Virus record (IMG/VR): IMGVR_UViG_3300035670_000009
Span: 139,911 to 203,910 of that record
Length of the DNA: 64,000 bases
Reading direction: 5' to 3' (one strand)
Origin: a virus
Lineage: Duplodnaviria; Caudoviricetes
The notes under the pieces are model-generated. The model ran no database searches, had not been told where the DNA came from, and saw only the letters and a program-made list of their open reading frames with translations. Within the stretch, counting starts at the first letter, position 1. Every line of letters starts with the position of its first letter. Both the position numbers and the translations under genes were made by a program. Positions 1 through 9,019 of the stretch are shown piece by piece.

Positions 1-330
1 CTGGGCGAACATGGCCGCCTGCTCGCGATTGAGATCTGTCGCTGGGGAGTCGGTTACCAGCGCCCGCAACCCGAGAAACCGCGAGGCTACGGCGGCATTT
101 CCCTGCTCATTGCTCGCTCCGGCCGCGGCGAGCTGGTCGCGCTGGTAGCGACTGGCAAGAAACTGGTCCGAAAGCGCCTGCGACGGGACCAGATGCGGAA
201 TGAAGTTTTGCGGGCCAGCCGCTTGTTGCAAAAGCGGCGACCCAAACATCATAAAGGTCAGCGCCATGGGGTCGTCCATGAGCGCCTGATTCATGCCAGG
301 AGAGTAATTGGGCGGCCGGAAACTGTTCAT
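1..330 (-). CDS. 5' part of a long gene running off the left edge; probable tape measure protein
   Basis: Hand translation from ATG at 330 (MNSFRPPNYSPGMNQALMDDPMALTF...) stays open to base 1. It lies directly after the putative tail chaperone pair, where tape measure genes usually sit. Not in the ORF track. Confidence 0.5.
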   Translation of the reverse strand, partial: MNSFRPPNYSPGMNQALMDDPMALTFMMFGSPLLQQAAGPQNFIPHLVPSQALSDQFLASRYQRDQLAAAGASNEQGNAAVASRFLGLRALVTDSPATDLNREQAAMFAQ

Positions 331-338
331 GCGCGTAC

Positions 339-746
339 CTATTTTTCAAGCGTTTCCTGTCGCCACCGTTCTTGTGCGCGCTTATAGCGGTCAATCAAGT
401 TTCGTATTTCAGGCTTTATTGTATCTTTTTGTCCTTCAGCTTCGGGTCGCGATTGATCAATTGCGACCCACGGGTAAATCACTTTTTGCAGGTCAATAAG
501 CGCGGTTTCCACGCGTTTTTTGACGTCCTCGTAGCTTTCTTCCGTCAAACGGCCGTGCGCAATAAATGCGAGCCAGTGCCGCTGTACAGCCTCAAACAGC
601 TCTTCGTCATTCCTCCGCTGCATTTCTTTGATGACAAGGCGGTGGCGAATTCTCCAATAGATATCTTTGGGATCGGCTCGGGAGTAATCGATCGCTCCCG
701 ATGCGGCGGCCCGCACCATTAAGGCCGCTAGGCGATCCCGTTCCAA
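339..746 (-). CDS. Probable tail assembly chaperone, C-terminal (T-like) segment
   Basis: 135-aa helical ORF with a TTG start, in the -1 frame and overlapping the end of 728..1708. Position between chaperone and tape measure. Confidence 0.5.
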   Translation of the reverse strand: MERDRLAALMVRAAASGAIDYSRADPKDIYWRIRHRLVIKEMQRRNDEELFEAVQRHWLAFIAHGRLTEESYEDVKKRVETALIDLQKVIYPWVAIDQSRPEAEGQKDTIKPEIRNLIDRYKRAQERWRQETLEK

Positions 747-1708
747 AAAGACGGTTCGAGCGCCATCGCTTCGAGGGCTTCTACCAGACGCTGAAACTGT
801 CGGAGGTGCTGTCCGACAAGTCGCCTGGTAACCTCGTGAGCGAGAACTTTGGTGTTCACGTAATTCGTCAAAGTGACTATCGGGCTTTCTCCGTCAACCG
901 CAGGAAGCTCGCCCAGCGCAGGAACAACCGCCGTCGGTTTACCGTTGGCGTCAACAATTGCCACAAGGCTTAACGCCATGCGGTATTCGAGCATCTGTAC
1001 AAACCATTCTGCTTCCGTCACGATGCGCTTGGATTCCTGGTCTAAAACCAGCTGGCGGTGAATCATCTTGTTTTCATCTGCCAAAATGGTGTTAAACATT
1101 ACCACCATCTTGCCGCCAAACATCGGATAGTCCCGCTTGAATTTCGTGCCTCCCAGCGCGGCTGCCAAGAAGTCTTCCTTGTCCAAATCGGTGGGTACGA
1201 TTTCAAACCGTTGCCGCATGTCCCAGCCGCACCGCGGGCAAAAAGGCAACACTGCCATCGGCGTCGTGCCTGTGGTGTCTGCCGATGTTGCGGGCACCTC
1301 GGGCGGCGTGGCGCGTTCTTCTGGTCGCGGTTCTGTTGCCGCGTCCGTGACTGTGGCGCGATCGTCGATGATCTGCGGGGTCGCGTCGTCGTCCTTGAGC
1401 GTACGCAGTAATTGCTGCGCCGCCGGATTTAAGTGCTCCATCGCGGCGTCAGCCGCCCGCTGTTTTGCGGCAGCAGCGGCGGCGACTCGCGCAGCCGCCA
1501 ACATTTGCTTGATTTCTTCGACAGTGGCGGGTGGCAGTGCGGCGACGTCAACTAGCACGTCCGTTCGCGGAGACGGCGGTAACGTCTCGCGCAACTTAAC
1601 GAGCATCGGGCCCAGTTCGGCGGGAATTGCGTCGCCGTCTTTCCAGCCGAATTGGCCAAGTGTTTTCTTGGTGAATTCAGATACGTGCGGTGTATCGACC
1701 AGGTCCAT
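728..1708 (-). CDS. Probable tail assembly chaperone (G-like) with CxxC motif
   Basis: 326 aa with a CPRCG motif. Position upstream of the T-like ORF and tape measure. Function inferred from synteny. Confidence 0.45.
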   Translation of the reverse strand: MDLVDTPHVSEFTKKTLGQFGWKDGDAIPAELGPMLVKLRETLPPSPRTDVLVDVAALPPATVEEIKQMLAAARVAAAAAAKQRAADAAMEHLNPAAQQLLRTLKDDDATPQIIDDRATVTDAATEPRPEERATPPEVPATSADTTGTTPMAVLPFCPRCGWDMRQRFEIVPTDLDKEDFLAAALGGTKFKRDYPMFGGKMVVMFNTILADENKMIHRQLVLDQESKRIVTEAEWFVQMLEYRMALSLVAIVDANGKPTAVVPALGELPAVDGESPIVTLTNYVNTKVLAHEVTRRLVGQHLRQFQRLVEALEAMALEPSFWNGIA

Positions 1709-1720
1709 GGGGCACTCCTT

Positions 1721-4609
1721 TTAAACCACGCCAACAATCGGATACGTACCGTTGATGATCTGTGGTTCGGGTTCTTTGAATTCCGGTTGCCGGTATTCGC
1801 CTGCCAAATCGCCGGAACCGCTGTTGCGCCGTTTATCGCGCAACCCGTCGCCAATTATTTCGACAATTTCGAAATCCTGCTCAGCGAAGGCTGGCTCTTC
1901 GTTCAGCCATTTCCTGCCTGGAAATGGAAACGTCTCTCCGGCAACCTTTGTTTCAACAGACTTTTCTGTCCAACGTTCAGGGATTTTGCCAGCCAACCGG
2001 GCCAACTGCTGCCAACGATCTTCGTAAAGCATGAAATCTGGAACGCGATATTGCTCGTCGTTACGGAAAGAAAATTCCATGATGTCGATCACGCGCGCGT
2101 TGCCCGGTTGTTTGTCTTCATACCACAACCCTTCGAGGTATGTTTCGTCAACTGCGTCGCCGAGGTTTGGCAGTACGTCTTCAATGTACGCGCGTATTTT
2201 GTCAACGCCCTCGTCGACCTGCGCCTGGCACTTTCCGTCGCACGGCCCCACGAAAATGAAACCGTTGGCTGCTTCTTGCGTGAAAACGTGCCCTTCGCTG
2301 GCGAGCAAGTTGCCGCGCGCCAGTACGTTACCGTCGACCACCAAATCTTTGTTGCAGCCGAGCGGCCCGCAAACCAGCGTGAAATCTTTGCTGAAATAAT
2401 TCGCTTTTTGCGTATCGTCGTCGGCGCTGGCGCGGAAAAAATGCGCGATCTGGCCGTTTTGGCCAATGTAATGAAAAAGCTGGTCGCTCTTCGTGACTAG
2501 GTCTGCCTCGCCTTTTCCGGCGTCGATCGTGATGTTGCCCGGTTCAATTGTTGAACCACCGCCGCCGGTGCGCAGATAGATTTGATGCGCCAGGCTCACC
2601 ACATTCGAGTCTGGTGCGCGCAGCACTACGCCGCCAAAACGAATATCGTCGCCGACCTCTTCGAAGTCGTAATCCTGCACTTCGGAACGACTCTCAATAA
2701 GCACGCCGCCCGGGCCGCCTTTATTGCCAGCCAGCACGAGCACGTCTTTCTCGCTTTTGATGCGCACGCTCTTTTCGGTCGTGGAGATGTCCACAGTGCC
2801 GTTCGAGCGAATAATGGCGTCGCCGCCGGACCAGATTTGAGAATGGCGGCCGCTTTTGATCCACACGTCGCCCGGCGCTGAGAGCGTAAGTATGCCGCCG
2901 CTCATTTTGATTTCAGCGCCATAACCGTCGCCGATAACCACGCTGCCGTCTTCCAGGATTGAGAGGAACGCCTCAGTTTCGTAGAAGTCTTGCGTGTTGT
3001 ACCGGTGATCGACCTTAATCTTTTTTGGCTCGGGTTGTTCGAGGTACATCGACCCTTTGAGGCTCGTGTAGTCTGGCACCTTGAGGTTGTACTCAGCGTA
3101 CGGCAACTCGTCTTGTTCGTAAGTCTTGTAGTCCTTGTAATGCCAGTGGAACGGATGCAGTCCGGCGTAGTTAAAGAGGTAACCGTGCAGATCTAGTACG
3201 GCGGTGGCGCGCTGCAAATTCGGGTGGTCGCCGCTGGTTTTGATGTCGCCGGTAATATCGTGGTCTGGCCCTGCGCCGAACTGTGACGCGGCCTTGTAAT
3301 TCTTTTCAGCGTCATCGCCGTCGCCCGCCTCGATCCGTTTGAGGCGCACCTGCGTGGGCAACAACATTCTTTTGCTGATCGTGATTCCCTTAGCGCTGGC
3401 GATAAATCGGCGCCCGTCCAGCGCTACATTATCTTCGTGCAAACCAATTGGCGGCTTGCCCTCGATTTCGTACGCGGTGTCTTTATCCGGGCCGCTGTCG
3501 CAATTCGGCGCAGCGCCATCGCGGCTCTGGATATTGGAATCGTAAACGCTGCCCGGGCTGCCCGTAGCGCCCTTTTTGTACATCCACCGCTGTACGCCCT
3601 CCGGCGGCGCTTGCACGACAAATCGGCGGCCTTGCCCCAAATAGCCGTAGAATTCTTGCGCGCGGTGGTATGGCTGCTGATATTCGTGTTTGTTTTCCCA
3701 GTGCGCGTAATACGGTTTGCCGTCATAGCACTGATAACAGTTAGGCGGGTACTCCTGAATCATCTGGCCGCCCGGTTGGATCAGGCCAAAATGTTCCCAC
3801 GGATACGGCGAGTAGCCCTGGTAGTCGTTGTACTCACCCTGGTCCATAAACGCGTCGCGTTCGTGGCCTGCGGTCCACGTTTGAAAGTTGTAACCGCTGA
3901 TGCGCAACAACGAGTCGTGGTAAAACCCAAACACGCCCGTGAACTCATTCACGGCCATTTGGACCATAAAGTCGTCAAGCGTGACTTTAAGGCCCGTGGT
4001 TGAAATCGCGCCCCATTCGCTGGCTAGCGTTGCGTCGAATGGGCGCCAGGCGCTCCAGTCAACTACCTGGCCCGAGAGCGGCTGCTTAATGTACTTTTTG
4101 TGGCAGTCGTCAACGCGCTTGCGCGACGCTTGTGTAATGTAGTCGTGGTAAGCGCGCTTGCCGACATCGAGCACGCCAGGAACAGCGCCAAGAATGTAGC
4201 CGGTAGAAAGTTTGTCGTGGACCATTAGGACCACGGGAGTGCCGGGCGAAAAAGTGTTAAGCTCTGCCGCCCCGAAGCAGACTGCGCTGGTGTTGGTCAC
4301 CGAGGCGGCAATAATCGGAGCGCGGCCTTTTTCAACCTGCACCCGATAGCAATTGGCAATCGCCGTGCCGTCGACGATCCAGCCAACACAAACACGCCCG
4401 GTGTCCTGAAACCCGGTCTTGAAGCCGACCAGGTTTATATTTGGATCCGCTACCGGCGTGAGCTGCCCGCCGTAAGCTGCCGTTCCCGTGCGGCTGCCAA
4501 ACTGTGTGGCGTTTTGCAGCCGCCGGGCGGCCTGCGTCGGGTCGTACGTGTTGTTCGTGCCAGACTGGGGAGTAACCCCAACCGGCTTTCCGGGAGGCTG
4601 CGCGGTCAT
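1721..4609 (-). CDS. Baseplate hub/central spike-like protein (gp5/gpV-type)
   Basis: 962 aa. N-terminal OB-fold-like segment (YRVQVEKGRAPIIAASV) and a run of beta-helix-like repeats (GAEIKMSGGILTLSAPGDVWIKSGR...TVDISTTEKSVRIKSEKDVLVLAG). In the tail operon. Confidence 0.5.
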   Translation of the reverse strand: MTAQPPGKPVGVTPQSGTNNTYDPTQAARRLQNATQFGSRTGTAAYGGQLTPVADPNINLVGFKTGFQDTGRVCVGWIVDGTAIANCYRVQVEKGRAPIIAASVTNTSAVCFGAAELNTFSPGTPVVLMVHDKLSTGYILGAVPGVLDVGKRAYHDYITQASRKRVDDCHKKYIKQPLSGQVVDWSAWRPFDATLASEWGAISTTGLKVTLDDFMVQMAVNEFTGVFGFYHDSLLRISGYNFQTWTAGHERDAFMDQGEYNDYQGYSPYPWEHFGLIQPGGQMIQEYPPNCYQCYDGKPYYAHWENKHEYQQPYHRAQEFYGYLGQGRRFVVQAPPEGVQRWMYKKGATGSPGSVYDSNIQSRDGAAPNCDSGPDKDTAYEIEGKPPIGLHEDNVALDGRRFIASAKGITISKRMLLPTQVRLKRIEAGDGDDAEKNYKAASQFGAGPDHDITGDIKTSGDHPNLQRATAVLDLHGYLFNYAGLHPFHWHYKDYKTYEQDELPYAEYNLKVPDYTSLKGSMYLEQPEPKKIKVDHRYNTQDFYETEAFLSILEDGSVVIGDGYGAEIKMSGGILTLSAPGDVWIKSGRHSQIWSGGDAIIRSNGTVDISTTEKSVRIKSEKDVLVLAGNKGGPGGVLIESRSEVQDYDFEEVGDDIRFGGVVLRAPDSNVVSLAHQIYLRTGGGGSTIEPGNITIDAGKGEADLVTKSDQLFHYIGQNGQIAHFFRASADDDTQKANYFSKDFTLVCGPLGCNKDLVVDGNVLARGNLLASEGHVFTQEAANGFIFVGPCDGKCQAQVDEGVDKIRAYIEDVLPNLGDAVDETYLEGLWYEDKQPGNARVIDIMEFSFRNDEQYRVPDFMLYEDRWQQLARLAGKIPERWTEKSVETKVAGETFPFPGRKWLNEEPAFAEQDFEIVEIIGDGLRDKRRNSGSGDLAGEYRQPEFKEPEPQIINGTYPIVGVV

Positions 4610-4666
4610 TGTCCACCAGTCACGGTGAGGTTGCGGGCCGAAGCCCCAGGCTTTCGCCTATTACCG

Positions 4667-4701
4667 TAAACGGCGGCTGCGCTTAGCGCAACCGCCGTTT
4701 A
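4667..4701 (-). terminator. 16-bp hairpin after the tail tube gene (terminator or processing stem)
   Basis: Minus strand reads TAAACGGCGGTTGCGC-TAA-GCGCAGCCGCCGTTTA. The single imperfection is a U-G wobble only on the minus strand. No U-tract follows. Confidence 0.55.
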
Positions 4702-4731
4702 TTCGGCATCAGATTGTCTCGCGCGCGCCGA

Positions 4732-5202
4732 TCACTTGTAGTAGAGATCGATGAACACAAAACTCATGTTTTCACTGATCACAACGCCTTCAGCGGTGAC
4801 GGATCCGCCAAGCTCGTTGAGCGTGGCGTCAACGCACGTGTAGTTAACGCCGCCGCCGATGACATTCTGCCCGCACGGCTTCTGGCGGGCGTCAATCTCC
4901 AAGTTACGCGGGTTGCAGATGTTGCCGAAAGCCTGGGCCATATCCTTGAAAGACTCTCTACCGCCCACGACGCGGCGGAACTGGGCCGTGCCCGAGCGCC
5001 GGTTACCGACGTAGTAAACGGCTGGAGAGCCGATTTCGTACAGAATGCTCACCTGACGCGCGCAGCGCCACTGAGCTTCCTGTACCAGAAGACCCTCAAG
5101 GTTTCTATTGCCGGTCCACGAAAGAACCACGTCCTCGGCGCGAAAAGTACCGGCGTGATACTGATCCGCGCCGCCAATGGGCGTGAAAACGCTACCTGCC
5201 AT
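4732..5202 (-). CDS. Tail tube protein
   Basis: 156 aa directly after the sheath gene. Tube-like pattern (LLVQEAQW..RQVSILYEIGS..YYV..RRSGTAQFRRVVG). Confidence 0.7.
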   Translation of the reverse strand: MAGSVFTPIGGADQYHAGTFRAEDVVLSWTGNRNLEGLLVQEAQWRCARQVSILYEIGSPAVYYVGNRRSGTAQFRRVVGGRESFKDMAQAFGNICNPRNLEIDARQKPCGQNVIGGGVNYTCVDATLNELGGSVTAEGVVISENMSFVFIDLYYK

Positions 5203-5220
5203 GTGTGATTTCTCCTAAGC

Positions 5221-8055
5221 TCAGACGACCAAATGAAGCTCAATGTTATTGAGCGGGGCCGGAACAACCAGGTCGAGAACGATCTCGATCCGATCGCGCA
5301 GCAGCGGATGAATCCGCAAAATGCGGATCGTGCCGTCGATCAGCTGCGAGCCCAGCTCAATGGTATTACCGTTGGTTTTGAAGAAGTCGATGATCTTCGT
5401 GACCTCGTAATCCAGCTGGCGCACCATCGACGGAGTCGCATTGGTCCGGCCGATGTACGGACGGAGCCGACGGAGGAACAGGTAGGAAATCGAGTCCACG
5501 TTGCGGCGGATCATCTCTTCCCGACGATTCAGGTCGAGATTGTCCGTCGTCAACGCGTGCCGCGTGTGCGGCGTGCCGTCACGGTCCTCCGTCACGATCC
5601 ACACTCCTGCCTCGGCCATCCGATTCAGCTGCGTTTCGTTGAAGTACTTGTAACTACGCGTGAAATCGTCGAAACCGGCAACCTCGACGTTCGTGAGTCC
5701 CTGCTGCGGGACCACGCCCGACGCAAGACCCGCGAGCGCCGCGGCGAGGTAATAACCCGCCATAAGCGTGCCTGCTTCGCCCACCTGGTCCGGCCACACT
5801 GCGGCGACGCGGCGGTTCGAAAACGCACCGGCCCGCGTTGCGATGTCATCAGCGATCTCGTTGCGGTTGAGATTGTGATGCACCTCGACCCGCTGCGCGA
5901 TAGACACAGGAGCGTCGGCGCCCGAGTAAAGCAGCAGCGAATTTTCAGAAAGCACCGCGTCTACAACGAACTCCTGATACTGTTCCTCGCCGAAACCGTC
6001 CACCGTGTACAGGTAACGTACGAGGTCGCCCGGCTGCACTTCGTTCGTAACGAAGTAGCCGCTTCCCTCGGACACCTGCAGCAGCGTGTACTGCGTATTG
6101 GTGGCGTTCGGATCGTCGCTCAAGGTCGCCAGCACCGGCTCGGGCATTGTGAGTCCGGCCACGCCGGTGATTGCCGCGCCTTCGCCAACCAGGAGCTTGC
6201 TGGTCACCGCCTGCAAGGCGAAGAAACCAGCCTTCCAGTTGTTGGCGTACTCGTTCGACTCACCGTTGATATGCGCGGCGTACAGGTTGTGAACGCGAAC
6301 GTCAAACGTCATCGGGACGAGGTTATACATGTCGTCCCGGCCCTTGATGCGCTCAAGAACCTGAACCCAGCTATCAAGATCCGTCGGCTCAAGAACCGCT
6401 GTGTACTTCACCACGGTTCCGTTGCTGTTGGAAAGCGCCTTGTAGACGCCCCACTTCAGCGGGTTGTCCGGGTGAAGCTGACCCGCAATCTTGTCCAGCT
6501 CGGCCACGCTCTGCACGCTGTTGACCTCGTCGGTCAGATCGCTAAGCCACTCGCGGTACTCGACGTAAAGCGTACCGCCACGAACGTCGAGCGGCTGTTC
6601 AACGCCGTTATCGGTCCATTCGGGATGGTAGGCGACGATGCCCTCGTGCACACAGATCTGCGTTGCTTCCTGCGCGTAGTTCTTCAACGGCGCAAAACCG
6701 ATGCGGTTCTCAGACACCTGAATGTTGTCTTTGATGAACAGCCGCAGCTCGATGTCAGAAGCCGACGCAATTTCAAGCGGAAGATCGTCGCGAAGGATCA
6801 GCCGCCGAACAGGTCCGGCCTGGCTCGATTCCGCATTGATGTACCACTTGTCGCCCTTACGCAGCCCAGGAACCGGATCACCGGCATCTGCACCGTGGAA
6901 AGTGATCGTCACACCGTGCGAACCGATAGCCACCGCCACGTTGTGATCAACGACTTCGGTCGGGCCCGAATAGTCGAGACCCTTCACAGTGCGAACGGTG
7001 ATCTCGGGAAAACCGGTCGGGCTGCTCTCGTCGAACAGGCCGCCCTTGGTGCACTCGACGATGTAGACGTCGTTCTTGTCGCCGTCGTAGCCGTCGCCGC
7101 CCGAGGTCGCTTCGACCTTGGTGAACTCCTGCTCCACGACTACGCGCCACTTCTGGCCGGTCACTAGCGCGTCCGGCGCGACGTTATCGTCGTCCGCCGC
7201 CACTGAGCAAGCGCTCGACGGATCGTAATCGAATGTCACCGTAAGCCCGCGGGTACCGATCGCCGTCGGCGTGCCCCAGTCTTCGGGCGTAACCTCAGCC
7301 ACGTCGTCGTTGCCACTCGCCGAGCGGACGCGCAGCCGAGCAGCCGCGCAACCAACGACTGAGCTCTTGATAACCTCGATTGTGTACTCTTCTTCGATGT
7401 CGCCATCGACGAGGCCGTCGTACTCAGAAGCGTCGACCGAGGCCACGATGCAGTTATCGGGCCCCGCGATCTTCGTGAGCGTAGCGCTCGTCGACCCAAC
7501 GGCATCCTGATTGTCCTGATCAGCCGCGGCCTCTTCGATCTGCGACGCGACCAGCTCGCTGGCGAAACCGGTGACAGTTGTCCACAGTTCCTTTTCCTCG
7601 CAGCTCTCGCTGTCGACTGCGCGAAGATAAACCACGTCGCCGCGCTGAACATCGCGATCGTTGAAGACCGAGCTGCGCGGATAGGCCACGCCATTGCTCT
7701 TGAACGCCAAGTCGCTCGACTGAATCCAGTTCGTGCGACCGCTGACCGCGGTGATCGTGGTCGACGTGTCGCCGAGCATGTGCTCGTAGAAGAGCAGCAA
7801 CGCGTCGTCGATGTACAGCTTGGTGTACGACTCGTCGACGTTCGAACCCGGCAAACGACGCGGCCATGCGTAGCAGGCGTCGTTCAGATAGTCGTACGCG
7901 CCCAGACGGCAATCTCGTTTTTCGTCCGCGTCGTTGTAGCGATGGAGCATCGCGTGCGGGCCGGAGATATGAGCGCGCAGCGGCTCCGTGATCTCCGTCG
8001 GGATGATCTGGAATTCCTGGAAAACGAGAACTTGTGGTTTAACGTAGCTCGACAT
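5221..8055 (-). CDS. Contractile tail sheath protein
   Basis: 944 aa. Typical sheath N-terminus (MSSYVKPQVLVFQEF) and C-terminal domain (QGLTNVEV..FNETQLNRMAEAGVWIV..TRHALTTD..REEMIRRNVD..DRIEIVLDLVVPAPLNNIELHLVV). Followed by the tube gene. Confidence 0.85.
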   Translation of the reverse strand: MSSYVKPQVLVFQEFQIIPTEITEPLRAHISGPHAMLHRYNDADEKRDCRLGAYDYLNDACYAWPRRLPGSNVDESYTKLYIDDALLLFYEHMLGDTSTTITAVSGRTNWIQSSDLAFKSNGVAYPRSSVFNDRDVQRGDVVYLRAVDSESCEEKELWTTVTGFASELVASQIEEAAADQDNQDAVGSTSATLTKIAGPDNCIVASVDASEYDGLVDGDIEEEYTIEVIKSSVVGCAAARLRVRSASGNDDVAEVTPEDWGTPTAIGTRGLTVTFDYDPSSACSVAADDDNVAPDALVTGQKWRVVVEQEFTKVEATSGGDGYDGDKNDVYIVECTKGGLFDESSPTGFPEITVRTVKGLDYSGPTEVVDHNVAVAIGSHGVTITFHGADAGDPVPGLRKGDKWYINAESSQAGPVRRLILRDDLPLEIASASDIELRLFIKDNIQVSENRIGFAPLKNYAQEATQICVHEGIVAYHPEWTDNGVEQPLDVRGGTLYVEYREWLSDLTDEVNSVQSVAELDKIAGQLHPDNPLKWGVYKALSNSNGTVVKYTAVLEPTDLDSWVQVLERIKGRDDMYNLVPMTFDVRVHNLYAAHINGESNEYANNWKAGFFALQAVTSKLLVGEGAAITGVAGLTMPEPVLATLSDDPNATNTQYTLLQVSEGSGYFVTNEVQPGDLVRYLYTVDGFGEEQYQEFVVDAVLSENSLLLYSGADAPVSIAQRVEVHHNLNRNEIADDIATRAGAFSNRRVAAVWPDQVGEAGTLMAGYYLAAALAGLASGVVPQQGLTNVEVAGFDDFTRSYKYFNETQLNRMAEAGVWIVTEDRDGTPHTRHALTTDNLDLNRREEMIRRNVDSISYLFLRRLRPYIGRTNATPSMVRQLDYEVTKIIDFFKTNGNTIELGSQLIDGTIRILRIHPLLRDRIEIVLDLVVPAPLNNIELHLVV

Positions 8056-8161
8056 GCGTCAGGCCTCCATGCCTAAATGTCGTGATGGACGTGGCTGCGA
8101 GTTAGTATAGCGCACCCCAGCGCAACAAAAAAATCCGTTTCACGACGATGTGAAAAGTCCC

Positions 8162-8875
8162 TTAATACGACAACAGGTCGGTCGCCTTAAAGACAATCCG
8201 CTTGAGGCGCGGCGCATACGGCTGGAGCGTCCAGGCTTCCTCGGCCATGTATGCCACTGTTACAGGTACGGCGTAGCCCTGCAACGCTTCTTGAACTTCG
8301 CCAACCCCGCCAACTTCGCTGACAAAAAACTGGTGAAGGTTCATTTGTTCGCGAATCCAGGGTCCGAAGTTGTGCAAAAATTTAACGGTCTCCGTTGCGA
8401 GAAACTCTGTTTCAGCGCCCGCGGGAGCCAGGCAAAACAGCGTGTGGCTGCCTTCCCAAAAACCCACGTATGAAGTCGCCCCCTCGTATACGTTTGTGAA
8501 CAACTTGTCGCCAATTCCCTGCCGCATCCAGCGCCAACCATTTCTTTTTATCAAAATAGCCGGGCGCTTGTCGGCCGTTGCTGGCTGCCAGCGTGTGATA
8601 CTTTCTATCAAAATACCGCCCGCGTTTAAACCGTTGTCGCTCGGCCGCCACATGCCGATTTCTGCAAGCTGCCGCCGGACGCGCGGTTCTTCAATATTGT
8701 TCGGATCGGAGAAATGGGCCAGCAAAAGCTGCCGCAACAGCCCCGTCATAACATGCGGCCGCATGCCATACGAGCAAAGCGAAGAAACCTTATCGACGCG
8801 GTTTTCCGGCTGGCTTCCCGCGGGAAACTGCTCTTCGACCTCCGGCGGATTCGGCGAGTTGTTGCAGTCGCTCAA
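8162..8875 (-). CDS. Probable tail terminator/completion protein
   Basis: Position between neck and sheath genes. Motif RPAILIKRNGWRW. TTG start uncertain. Confidence 0.45.
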   Translation of the reverse strand: MSDCNNSPNPPEVEEQFPAGSQPENRVDKVSSLCSYGMRPHVMTGLLRQLLLAHFSDPNNIEEPRVRRQLAEIGMWRPSDNGLNAGGILIESITRWQPATADKRPAILIKRNGWRWMRQGIGDKLFTNVYEGATSYVGFWEGSHTLFCLAPAGAETEFLATETVKFLHNFGPWIREQMNLHQFFVSEVGGVGEVQEALQGYAVPVTVAYMAEEAWTLQPYAPRLKRIVFKATDLLSY

Positions 8876-9019
8876 GAAAACCGTCCTTTGCTGCGTTTTC
8901 GCCCGTCATGCGGATTATTGCCAGCATACGCTTTGGCGGGTCGTACAGCCTAATTTTTGGCAGCCCTACCGAAATCTTTTTTGCGTTACTCATACAATAC
9001 CTAATTACACAAGAGCACG

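Noticed and set aside
107-394. 95-aa minus-strand ORF in the track
   Set aside because: Wrong frame. The frame starting at ATG 330 is open to the window edge and reads as a normal protein.
4640-4715. Possible hammerhead ribozyme (CTGATG ... GAAA) in the tube-spike gap
   Set aside because: The core reads CTGATGC rather than CTGATGA, and GAAA does not directly follow the stem. It is the loop of a separate hairpin.
5233-7167. 644-aa plus-strand ORF (and similar long plus-strand ORFs at 13275..14339 and 29723..31309)
   Set aside because: These are antisense shadows of strongly GC3-biased minus-strand genes (sheath, capsid, RNAP). The translations are Arg/Val/His-rich with no motifs.
8101-8150. 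Sigma70-like promoter (TATACT) upstream of the sheath gene, and a shared late-promoter consensus
   Set aside because: No properly spaced -35, and I could not derive a consistent promoter motif across intergenic regions beyond scattered TTGCGC/CGCTAT words.
8790-8993. 67-aa ORF MSNAKKISVGLPKIRLYDPP overlapping the start of 8162..8875
   Set aside because: It could be a real small gene filling the gap, but it overlaps the next ORF by 86 nt and lacks a clear SD. Not supportable without homologues.
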